A stretch of DNA of 64,000 bases from the NCBI GenBank assembly GCA_964304625.1, contig OZ199838.1, forward strand, positions 9,815,741 through 9,879,740, read 5' to 3'. The notes beneath the pieces are model-generated. The model ran no database searches, had not been told where the DNA came from, and saw only the letters and a program-made list of their open reading frames with translations. Positions within the stretch are counted from its first letter, which is position 1. Every line of letters starts with the position of its first letter. Source of the DNA: Kudoa neothunni. Lineage: Eukaryota > Animalia > Cnidaria. Shown piece after piece: positions 1 to 11,396 of the stretch. Made by a program: the position numbers and the translations under genes.

Positions 1-738
1 GTATTTGAAAAGGATTTGAACGAAGATCCATGTACGAGGCGCAGCACAAATCTTGCCTTCATACTAGGTTCGTCGAAGCAGGGAAATACTTCTCTGGCGA
101 GGTTTGGTTGGAAATTTGTCATGAAAGCTGGAGATCTATTATACATAAGGAAGTCATCTCCATGTATCATTTTAATTCCTTCAGTATATTTGTTAATATT
201 TCCTTTAAAAGAAATCTCCAGTGTGTAATGGTTATCAAATATTAATTTTTTATCAAAACTAACGACATGGTGATCACGCTTTTTCCCCAGAAAACAAATA
301 TGATCAACTTTCACAAGACCTGAATCATCATAAGTTGCAGCTGGTAATGCTTGATTTCTTCTGGCAATAGATAACCCTATCAACTGACTATGCTTGGAGT
401 GGAAAACAATTTTTTGGACTCCATCTTCGTCCACTACTCTAAGGAAGATCTTCACATGACCACAATATTGCTGAAGATCATCGTTGAATTCAAACTTAAG
501 ACTGTATTTTTTGAGAATGATGCCTGAGTTGGCTTCCAAAAAATCATTCGTTCTATTCCACCATTCCTCATCCAACTGCCCACACAATTGCAGCACGTCA
601 ATATTTTGTTGGAATTGTTTCATAGGACATGTCACTTCATTATTTTGGATATGGGCTTCCAAAAAATGGAAATTCATTCATATTGTTAACATGTAATGTT
701 TGAACAATCGGTAACAGGAATATAACAACCAACATCAT
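1..738 (-). CDS. M1-family (aminopeptidase N-like) metalloaminopeptidase, N-terminal part; runs off the window edge
   Basis: The minus frame is open from 677 to the edge and ends ...MTNFQPNLAREVFPCFDEPSMKARFVLRLVHGSSFKSFSN, matching the M1 motif TQFEPxxARxAFPCFDEPxxKA. A hydrophobic leader (MMLVVIFLLPIVQT, ATG 738) lies in another frame and joins if one base is removed from the A6 run at 661-666. Confidence 0.85.
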
Positions 739-1869
739 TACTATACTTTCTGTACTAAACTGACCAGTCTTACACACTTTGAATGTCTGACGTTGCCGAT
801 ACTGTACATTAAAATAGAAATGATAAAATATTACGCTGATCAAACATTATCTCTCCGCATTATTATATTATATGGATCACTTTGCTGCAGAATAGGAATT
901 AGACTAACATTTGTTCGGTTCTTCGGTTTAACAAATTATACTAAACATTTTTTAATCAATAATTTGGAAAATATTATACTTTGGAAGTTAAATTATCTAT
1001 TTTCACGTAGAATTAATAATTAACCTTTGTACGAACCTTTATCATCAACGAAAAATGTTGCACACGGTTGATTGCTCACAGAATGACATTTTTATCGTCT
1101 TTATGCATTGTACTACAAATGATAACTGTAGTCAAACGTTGTATCTTAATATCTTTTTTTCCTTAAAAATAATAGCTAAAACACGATGTTTATAGATTAT
1201 GGTAAATCAAATAACCTTAAATTAAGCGCGAAGCGAGCCTATTGTATTTAAAAGAATATATGAAAAACGCACTTAAATATTGAACGAACATTTTGGTTTT
1301 ATAATAATTCCTTCGGCATGTTTGAAATAATACAGAATTAACATGCTAATCTCACTATCAACAGCTATTAGATGTAAATTGATTTAAGAAGTGTTTTAAA
1401 GCGAACCTAATGATGCTATATTTTATTACGGAGAGTAAAAAAACTTAATATCAATACATTCAGTATTGTTTTTCGTACAATACCTTAATTATGACTTTAG
1501 AATTTTACATTTTAATTGGAAACAAAAACTTCTCTAAAAAAGATCGAAACGATCGTTCTGTTTTTGCTTCTATATGAATTTCTGTAAACCTACTTGATAA
1601 ACCATATTATTCAGTATCTTGTTATCGTGAAAGCACGTCAACAACTTTCAATAGTTTTTAAGAATGAGATCTAACAAATTTTTTGATACTTAAAGTAAGG
1701 ATTCTAATGTCCTAAGCAGTTAGTTAATAAAATACACTGGGTACATAACTATATAAAGATATTAACCTATCATCAACAATGAAATTTAAAACTGTTTATC
1801 TCCCTAATAATGCAAATGTTTGGTGCTTTTTAGCGCCCGAAGTTGATCTAACATAACGAATTAGGGGCA

Positions 1870-2343
1870 TTTTTTTGTTTACAAGGTAAAACCCCTGGCG
1901 CAACTTATTAGGTTGTGGAATTCTGGTTGGTCAGGACCTCTTCCATTAACGCTTTAGGCACCGCATGACGTAACATGAAACCCCGTCGCTTATCTTTATG
2001 CGGTAAATTGGGACTTTAACCCACAAAACATCCTCGTTTCAGGACGATCACCACCCCAAACCCTATCCCTTTAAGGACGTTGGCTCTGCGGGAACTGCAA
2101 ATCACTTTGCATTCCGATGGGCTCCGGAGATTCAAACTCCTATTCACGCTCATCCCATTTCACGCAAACCTGGCTGCCAATGCATCCCACTCCACAACGA
2201 GCGTACACGTTAACCACAGCGCCTAAATACGGGAAGAGACCCACCGACGCGGAAGCAGTAGTCTGACCACCGGCGGATTCGAACTATTACCTCAAGATTC
2301 TGAGTCCGAGTGTCACACTAATGTGCTATCTGTCCACGGCCTT
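1870..2343 (-). mobile_element. tRNA-derived SINE-like retroelement
   Basis: GC-richer island. The minus-strand head has a B-box GTTCGAATCC (2275-2284) and an A-box-like TAGCACATTAG. The tail is poly(A) (T run at 1870-1876). It is flanked by the direct repeat AATTAGGGGCA (1859-1869 and 2344-2354). Confidence 0.75.
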
Positions 2344-2352
2344 AATTAGGGG

Positions 2353-2936
2353 CAGGGCTGCCAGCGGGATTTTAGAAAAAACCCAAGTTTAAGTAAAAAA
2401 GCTAGTCTAAAGTAGTACAAAAAATAGAACAATATCTATTAATGTTTTTAATCATCTTCCGAGTCTTCAAATACGTCTACAGATATTAAATTTAAATTTA
2501 TCGTCGTATTATTGCAATTTATTGGCGGGAACACTCATTCAAACTTAATGTCTAGTATAGATCAATATGCTCACAATGAATGAATTAATTAATTAATTCA
2601 TAGTTCAAGATATATTTTGAAATAACGTTAAATTTTTCTAATAATGTGCGACAATGTTAATTGAACAATTGTGCAATCGTGCCACGTTAAACAATCTATT
2701 GTGCTGTCGTTCAATATCGTAAATGTTTAAACTCTGCACGATATAATCTGAGTAGGATACGTTATTAAAAATATAAATATTAATGCCGCAAATAATAAAA
2801 TTTGTGTTATTATTCAATGTTTACAGGTTTTCAATACAAACCCAAGATTTTAAAGAAAAATGAAAAAAACCAAGAACCCAAGGTGACCACAAAAAATCCA
2901 TGATCTTAGAGAAAAACCCAAGCAGCGAACGACCTG
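2353..2936. mobile_element. non-autonomous hAT-type MITE
   Basis: Starts CAGGGCTGCCA and ends degenerately in ...GACCTG. The 8-bp flanks are ATTAGGGG (2345-2352) and ATTAGGGA (2937-2944). Subterminal AAAACCCAAG repeats occur at both ends. Confidence 0.55.
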
Positions 2937-3059
2937 ATTAGGGATACATGTCAGCCATTTTTAATCCGAACCACTAAATTTAGAGGATGTACAAAGTTGA
3001 GTATAATCAGCCTTACACTGCTGATAATTAACATACCGATGTTTCTATAAGAGAAAAAA

Positions 3060-3109
3060 TAGAGGATCCTCAACCCTCGAAATTTCGAGGGTATAGGGAT
3101 TATCCTCTA
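3060..3109. repeat. short hairpin with a perfect 20-bp palindromic core
   Basis: ACCCTCGAAATTTCGAGGGT (3073-3092), flanked by TAGAGGAT/ATCCTCTA. Confidence 0.8.
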
Positions 3110-4641
3110 GTTCGAAGAGATTAAGTCAATATATCAACAACATTATGTAATCGATGTTAGAAGAAATTTTCTTATCAAAATTCAGCATTGCATTACTTTT
3201 TTGAATAAACTATCCTATTTATTTTAAAATATCGGCTAAACTACAGTACTATTGTATCTGCGTACGAACGTCGGGCGGCGTCGCCGCATACAAAATCGGA
3301 AATAAAGTCGTTTCCTACAATTCGTCCTGTTAATTCACTTCTTTTTCAAAAAATTTTTCATTTTTGTTCTTATCACGTAATATTACATTATGTAGTCAAA
3401 TTGAGATCAAAAAGAATAACCTATAAACTGGGGAAAAAATCTTAAGTCGAGCACATTCGGTCTCATGTGGAATCTCTGTTGTTAACAAATACACCAAAAA
3501 AAATTATTATTTCTCAATAATTTTAACAAATTCGAAGTTGTTAACTGTTCGCTGAATTTTTTTTATTTTTATCTGTTAATAATAAGTTTGTAAATGTTCA
3601 ATCTTGTGACTTCGTATTTTAAAAACAGAACGTACTGATTTATTCTATTCAAAATAAGACGAAGACGTTTCAATTTAACGATGGCATTCCTTAATGTGGT
3701 TTTTAATATAGGAATTTTTTTCGATTAGTTTATTCATGATTAAACGAATTTTAAAACAATATTTGTTCCAAAATTCAAACACGGAACGTTTTATTTTATT
3801 CTGTTATCTTTTTATTAATATACATTAAGTAACTAAAAAAATATTCAATAATTATTTTAGAATTAAACTTAAATTTAACCCTCTGAGACAGTGGTGTCCC
3901 AAACTGGGGTCCGTAAGAAAGGCCTGTGCTTTTAAAAAATTTTACATCTAGAAGTCAATTTATCGTAATTTTTTAATTATAAGAAAAGCCAACCTCAAAA
4001 AATTCCCTTCAATATACAATTTTCCAAATTATTTATGTTTAATACATGTTATATTTATTTCTTATGATATATTATTTAATTTCTACCTGTGCTAATTTAA
4101 AATACAAAAAAATTTTTATCACTTTTATGATTCGTTTTAATATCTATAATATTTTATAATTTTTTTTCCGATGGTTTTAGAATATGAATTTTTGTACTTG
4201 TTATAAATTTTTTAATAATTTCGTTTCGCTCTATTAAAGCTTAGCGATTACGAACTTAACTAAAGTTTTCATAGAATTTTGTTCTTACTTTAAGGAGAAA
4301 GAATGCACAAAAAATGTGTTTACGTTAAAATATTGACAAATAAACCTCGGAAATCTATTACAAACGACGTGTCGGTTTAACATCCTTGTGTAACTTTAAA
4401 AAAAAAATTAATTTATTTAACATTATAATTATTATAATAGGTGACAACAATGAATTATCCAAAGAAGCAACAATATAACGAAGAATGTATTTTATTTGGT
4501 TTTACATATATTACTGAAAAGGATGGCACACATTATCCACAATGTTTCGTATGTGGAAAAATTTTATCAAATATTAGTCTAAACCATCCAAACTAAAGGA
4601 ACATTTAAATTCATCCCATCCAGCTCTCATTAATTATTTAA

Positions 4642-7600
4642 GGCAGTGGCTATTGGCACGGTAATCGATATCTCCATAACCGCTTCTCAGTTTATAACCA
4701 CATTTCCCAAACTTATTTATTGATTTTTTTTCCTACAAGATTTTCTATAAAAATATAAAACATGTTTGTCATCATGATAACCCCATTAAATAGAATAGAA
4801 TTTTTAAAATAACAAATTATAAGTTATTGTTATCGTTTATAATCTTTTAAAATTAATTATAACCAATATTTTCATAATACGTAAAAAATGGACCGCCTTG
4901 TTTTATACATTCGTTTGCGCTGTTTCTTGCATCAGAATTTTTGTCACAATGAGAAAAACAAAAATAGTTAATTTCCAAAAAAGTATACTTAATGGAATAA
5001 AATGATAAATTTTCGTTATGACTTACTTGGAAACATTTGATTATTGTTCTCTTTTTTTGGTAGGCCTATGGCTGTTAATCTTTAGTCCTTAGGTCTTCCT
5101 ACTGATTTTATCTTATTGGGAAGAATAAGACCTATTAGATATTATCTCAATTTGAGCATGTAATAAGTTACGATTAATATCGTTGTATGTTGATACATGC
5201 GCTATATCAGAAATATTATGTAAATTGGCATTACAGTCATCTTCCAATATTTCGTTTCTTGTTTTTTTATCGAATAACTTATCAATTATTATCGTTTGGT
5301 CTGTAATTTCTGTTAATAATAATAATAATAAACAACGATAATTTGAACGGTTGTTCTACCACGAGGAAATTCTTAAACAAATGTTAACTGAAAAATTGTC
5401 ATCTTTTTTGTTGCGGGAATCTTCGACTTCACTTACTTCTGTAATAAATAGAAACAATCACAAACTAAAATATTACCATTTTCTTTGTCGGGAATTTTTG
5501 ATAATTTTAATTTATGACAGATAAAAATAATAATTATTAGCAAAAGTACTTTTTCCAATGATGTCGTTCAACTTATTTGAGCCGTGCTCTCTTACGACAC
5601 TTTCAAGGAATTTAATAGCATAAATGCACTTGTGAAAATAGTCGCCACAAAATTCAGCCGAAGTTGATGCCAATTTATTTGTAAAAATAATTGCATGTTT
5701 CAATCTTTGGGAATAGGAATTGAGGTTTGAATTTTTTGGCATTATAATGAAATATTTTGTGAACTTCGCATCGGAATAATTGAATAATTGGAGACGCGGA
5801 ATTAGATAAGAAATTATTTATATGTTCCCTTGTCCATCGAGAATGACATAATGAAGGTTCAAACAATTCTAAAGATAAGTCATTCCGTATTTTTAGTACA
5901 TGTCGACATGGAAGTTGATAACTCCGGTAAAACTTGCAAGAACAGAAGTGTATGGAAGTATCTGATAGTCTATTTAAATTTTCCACTTTCGTTGCAGATA
6001 ATAATTCTTCATAGACTAATTTGGCCGCAAATGGTGTTAGAAGATCCGAGTATCTATTTCCCTCCTCACATTTTGTATTGCTTTGAGAATTATGAAGCAA
6101 TTCTCGAATTGTGTTGCAATTTCTTTCTATTCTCATTGAACGAAGAAGATCAAAAAAGCGTTCTATAAATTGGGGTAACGTCGAAAACTTTCTAATAACG
6201 GTTTTAAGTTCCTCATTTACAGATGCAAGGCAGTTATTCGCGGTGTTATCATAATAATGTTTAGCATTACTTAGTCCAATAATCCACTCATCCGATATTT
6301 TTTCCCAGTTTTTTGCGAAATATTTTGTGATTTCAGGAATTCCAAAATTATAAAGTTCATTGCATAGGGTATCGAAAACCATTCTATCATCCATGTGAAT
6401 CATTTTTTTCTATGGAATGTAAAATTTTTTCTTTTTCATCCCTTTTAATGTTTTATTTAGATAATAATATTTCCATTTGAAATATTTTCAATACATGAAA
6501 TTTGCAAAGCAATAAATTGGCATTAATAAAACATTTCTTAAGGCATTTTCGTAATTTTAGATCCTTGTCTGCAATGATGCTCGTAACATTTGATTTAATT
6601 CAATGAGCTAGTTGAGTTAATTCGTTTGGATACCATAGAATGGTTTCTTCGGCTTCATCAAACAGAATTCCAGCATTTGTTACGTGCGTAAATCCCAATG
6701 AGTCATCTGCTACGGTCAAATAAAACGGAGCTCTAAAATATTTGATGAAATTAATCAGAAAGTCATGCTATGTTGATTGCATAATAATAATTATACCTTG
6801 AGTCCAAAAGCTTATACGTCGCATCTATCATTAAAGTTCTGGAAAGAGTTTTAGCACTCTTTTCATGTATTCGTCAACAAATAATACGCCACAAATTTCA
6901 TTTTCATTATTGGAGAGAACTCTTACATCATGCTTGTATTCAATCGTAAGCATGTTATAAACCGACAAAAAAACTCTCATCTTTTGTGAAAATTTTCTTC
7001 TTTAAATTATGTAATGATTTCAAAATAACAACTTTCCCAGTTTCCTTGTTAATTTGTGACCGAATCAATTTCTCGTTGGCCCAACTGCAATTAAACTGGC
7101 TATGGTAGGGTCCGACCTGATAATTTTTCCTTGAGGTGGTAAGTATTGAAAGACAATAGGATCACAGTTGTGATAATGATTTTGGTTGATCGATTTTTTC
7201 TCAAGGAATTTACCATCATCGTTCGCTCTTAGAGATATATAGAAAGGGCATCTAACTTCAAGTAAAGGTTTATTTCTTTTTCCAATTCCGCAATTTTCAT
7301 GTTGCTTGACAAAAAACGTAATTTATTTCAAAATAAACCATTAAAGGGTTAAGACATCTATTCATTCGTTTCTGTGCATTTTCTATAGATCTTGAGTTGT
7401 ATATTTTAAGATCACAACATTTATTCTGTTCATAAGCATAAATTGTATCGCATAGTGAATCAACTGTGGGAAACTTCTTTCCTATCTAAAAGTAAATTTG
7501 TTCGTTATTGCACTGACTTGTTTGCTCCATAACAATGATTTTAAAATTGTGCGATCACGTGAATTCATACATCGTGTAAGTATCACTGCCTTAAAATAAA

Positions 7601-8172
7601 ACTGAAATCATTCAATATTAAAACTAATGTAGAACGGTTACAAATGTCTTGGTATTAGGATCTTTATTCTAAGAAAACATCCTAATTTTTTTACTACTTT
7701 CTAATGCTGGCAGTTCATTATCCAATAATTATCAAAAACCTACATAACATCATGTATTAAAAATATACACAAAATTAAGGTTAAATTTTTAATATTCGTA
7801 CGTAAAATAAAAATTATAAATAGGTGTATATATTTTTGATGTAAACTTCTAAATTAACTATTCGCGAGTCTTGACACTTGGTGTAGTTTTTGCGCGCCCA
7901 ACCAATGGATAGTGGTGGTCGTACATTTTTTACGTATTATGAAAATACTGGTTATAATTAATTTTAAAAGATTATAAACGATAATAATAACTTATAATTT
8001 GTTATTTTAAAAATTCTATTCTATTTAATGGGGTTATCATGATGATAAACATGTTTTCTATTTTTTATAGAAAATTTTGTAGGAAAAAAATCAATAAATA
8101 AGTTTGGGAAATGTGGTTATAAACTGAGAAGCGGTTATGGAGATATCGATTACTGTACCAATAGCCAGTGCC
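4642..8172 (-). mobile_element. Mutator-like (MULE) element with about 250-bp terminal inverted repeats
   Basis: TIRs at 4642-~4890 and ~7924-8172 (GGCAGTGGCTATTGGCACGGTAATCGATATCTCC...). The 9-bp flanks ATTATTTAA and ATTATTCTA match at 7/9. Confidence 0.85.
5010..7530 (-). pseudogene. MULE/SWIM (ZSWIM3-like) transposase pseudogene
   Basis: ATG at 7530 (MEQTSQC...). MULE core IDATYKL and IIADKD. ORF 5675-6403 carries the SWIM finger CSCKFYRSYQLPCRH. Frameshifted; the 3' end is approximate. Confidence 0.8.
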
Positions 8173-11100
8173 ATTATTCTATCGATGACCTTCACCAAAA
8201 AAAGAATATTTTGAAAAGTCAAAACCTTTAGATATGCTTGGATTTGTAAAGTCAACAAAACCATGTCTCGGAGCATCATCTAAAATTGCTTACAACATAA
8301 CAAAACAAAAAAAGAGCACACAATTGCTGAAACATTGATAAAAACGTGTGCGCTGGAAATGGTGGAGTTAGTCTGTTGGGAAGAACAAAGGAAACTAATT
8401 GAAACCATCCCTCTATTAAGTTACACAATTAAAAATAGAATAGTTGATATGTCTCAAAACATTTTGAATCAAGTGATCAAGGAATTACAGAAAACTCCAT
8501 TTACGTATAGTTCACAACTTGATGAATCCACCGATGTATCTCAGTGCAGCCCAACTTGTAGTTTTTGTCCGCTATGTTCATGAGGATAAACTCAAAGATG
8601 AGTTTTTATTTTCTCAACCATTTCTAAAAGGAGTGAAATCCTCAAATATTTTTTATTTATTGGATGATTTTTTTTAAGAAACAAAACTTTGAGTAGACTA
8701 AGAAATTATGTAGCATATGCACAGATAGGGCACCCTCGTTACTTGGGGAAAAAGTCTGGTTTTGGTGCACTTGTTAAACAAAAAGTACCAAACCTTTTAG
8801 TAACACATTGTTTCCTTCATAGATATGCGCTAGCTTTGAAAACTCTCTAATAGACATTAAAGATTTTCTTGACACTGTAGTGAAGGTGGACTAATGAAAT
8901 TAAATCCAAGGCATACAACCATCGACTTTCTAAAATTCTTTGTCAAGAAATGAACTAAGATTATGATGTGCCACTCTACCATACCGAAGTTCATTGGTTA
9001 TCTACAGGTCAATGCCCCCAACGATTATTTATTCTCAAAGATGAAAATTTCCATGTTTCTTAGGAAAGAAATAATGATTTTTATAAATATTTTGACAACA
9101 AAATATTCATTTATGGAATAGCATACCTATCGGATATCTTTGAGAACATCAATAACTTAACTTTATCTCTCCAAGGGAAAACGGTTACTTTAATTGACGT
9201 TTCTGCAAAATGCGCTCTTTCACAGCAAAACTAACGCATTGGTAGAATAGGATTTTATCCGAAAATTATGTGAACTTTCCACAATTTGAAGATTTTCTAC
9301 AAAATGATGTCATTAAACTACCAACATTAATGTCAGAAGAAATTTTAAACCACCCTCACAATATTAAAATCCTCTGTTGAAAATTATTTTCCAACCACCT
9401 GAGATCTCCTTGATTTATGGATTCGAAACTCAATCATATACGACATCAACACCATGGCCGACAACGATCCTTTGAAAGAAGAACTGGTTGGTCTGTAATC
9501 AATGGAAATCCTGCATCATGAACTTAAACTAAAAAATGTTGGAGAATTTTGGTGCTCCATTAGAAAACTTTTCCCAAAACTCACAGAAAAGACCTTAACA
9601 AAATAATACCATTCACAACAACATACTTATGCGAAGCCGGATTTTTCAACACTGGTTCATATTAAACACAAATTCCGCAATAGTCCAAATCCAGAACATG
9701 ATATGCGAATTTCTATTGCAAAAACAATTCCTCATTTCGAATTCCTCGTCGAAATTAAACAAAATCAAAAGTCTCACTAATTGTAAGTTTTATTTTTTTT
9801 TATAATATTAAAAAATCGCTCATCCGTTTTAGCCATAAAGGTGATGATATTGCGGAATTCTTTAAAAATGAATACCAGTTTTATATAATTTAAATTTTAA
9901 AACATTAATTTATTTTTTTAGTAACAAACACTACACTTCAAGAAAAAATATTATTTTTTTTATTACTGTAATTGGATTTCAACAAAGTCATAAAAAATTG
10001 CTATTACATTTTTAATGTTTATCGAAATAAAAATTTTGTTTTAAGATAATTACCTCAGGAACATTTTTATTAAAACTCGCTTTTAATGAAAATTATTGCT
10101 TGAATACAACTAAAATTTGTGAATGAATATGAAAATTTCGCTCATAAAACCATAATTTTTTTAACAAAAATTTACATGAAATGATATACTTAAGGTTCCG
10201 TATTTGTTTAACTTAGCTAATAGGGGGCCCGCGAGTCAAAAAGGTTGGGAACCACTGATCTAGTAAAACTTGGCTTCCGATACCAGACAATTCCTAGAGA
10301 TAAATATCGGCTATTAACAAATATTTGCGTATAGAACAACGTGGATCTATAGAAAGTCTTCAAAAATATTGTGGAGATTATATTGCTGGTACACAAGGTA
10401 GTCACAACCACTGCAGAATTTTTTAGGACCGACTAAAGCCTCTGGATTCCATTTCGCATATTTTCTATGCTAAAACGATACCTCTATAAAAAAGGTTCAG
10501 TTTCGTCAAGGGTGTAATCTAATTCATAATTATTAAAACTATCTAATATCCTAATGAAATTTTAACGCATTTAAAAATTACACTCGAATGATGGAAATAT
10601 AATTTTTTGTTGAAGTTGTATTCGTAATAAATACATATTTATTTATTTACAATAAGCGACTCGGGATTTTTCATTACAAAACATCTCCATAAATTTTAAA
10701 CATGGGTATATTTTTTTCTGTATTCCCATTATCCGAGTTAAAAAATTATATTTGAATTGGCTTATTTTTCATTGAAACCCATAATCAGATTAACCAAAAT
10801 AGCGATATTTATGAAATATTACATCTCTTTTAAAGTTATTTCAAAATGAGAAACGAGTGCGTTAATTAATCAAAAATTTAACACTAAATTATACTCAGGA
10901 ACTTATACGATTTTTCATTGTGGTTGCTGTTGTCTCTCTATCTCTAATAGTATTATAATATCAAATGATTTTTGTTGTTTTGTTGTATATATATTTGTTA
11001 TTTCTAACTATTTTTACGAATGAAATAATTAATTGTATTATCGAAAAAAATTGATTCAAAACATGTTTCACTACCGTATATATAAATATTTAAAAACCTG

Positions 11101-11396
11101 AACAAAAATTTTACAAGAAACTCAAAAATCGCGCAATATGGAAATTTTACAGTTTAAAATACAAAAAAATTTATTGAATGTTCGAAATATTTAATTTTCG
11201 AAATAATTAGTCGTAACTTAATATTATTTATATTCTTATTTTGAATAACTGGTACATTTTCGAAAAACTTTGAGTTATAAGCCCTGAGTTGCGCACCAAC
11301 GACCAAAATATATATTAATTTGAAATCCATCTTTTCGAGCGCAGATAATAAAAAATACAAGAGAAAAACTATTAAAAACGCAACTATAATAATAAG

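Larger units (their letters stand above)
4450..9780 (+). pseudogene. Buster-type hAT transposase pseudogene, split at 4641/8173
   Basis: MNYPKKQQYNEECILFGFT...PQCFVCGKILSN...PSKLKEHL lies before the insertion. After it come HTIAETLIK, QLDESTDVSQC, HCFLHRYALA, YHTEVHWLS, IAYLSDIF, PFTTTYLCEAGF and finally KQNQKSH*. There are multiple stops and frameshifts. Confidence 0.85.
3889..10257 (+). mobile_element. Buster/Charlie (ZBED8-like) hAT DNA transposon, decayed and interrupted by a Mutator element
   Basis: Termini are CAGTGG(TG)TCCCAAAC (3889) and GGTTGGGAACCACTG (10257), with transposase remnants between them. There is no clean TSD. Confidence 0.8.
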
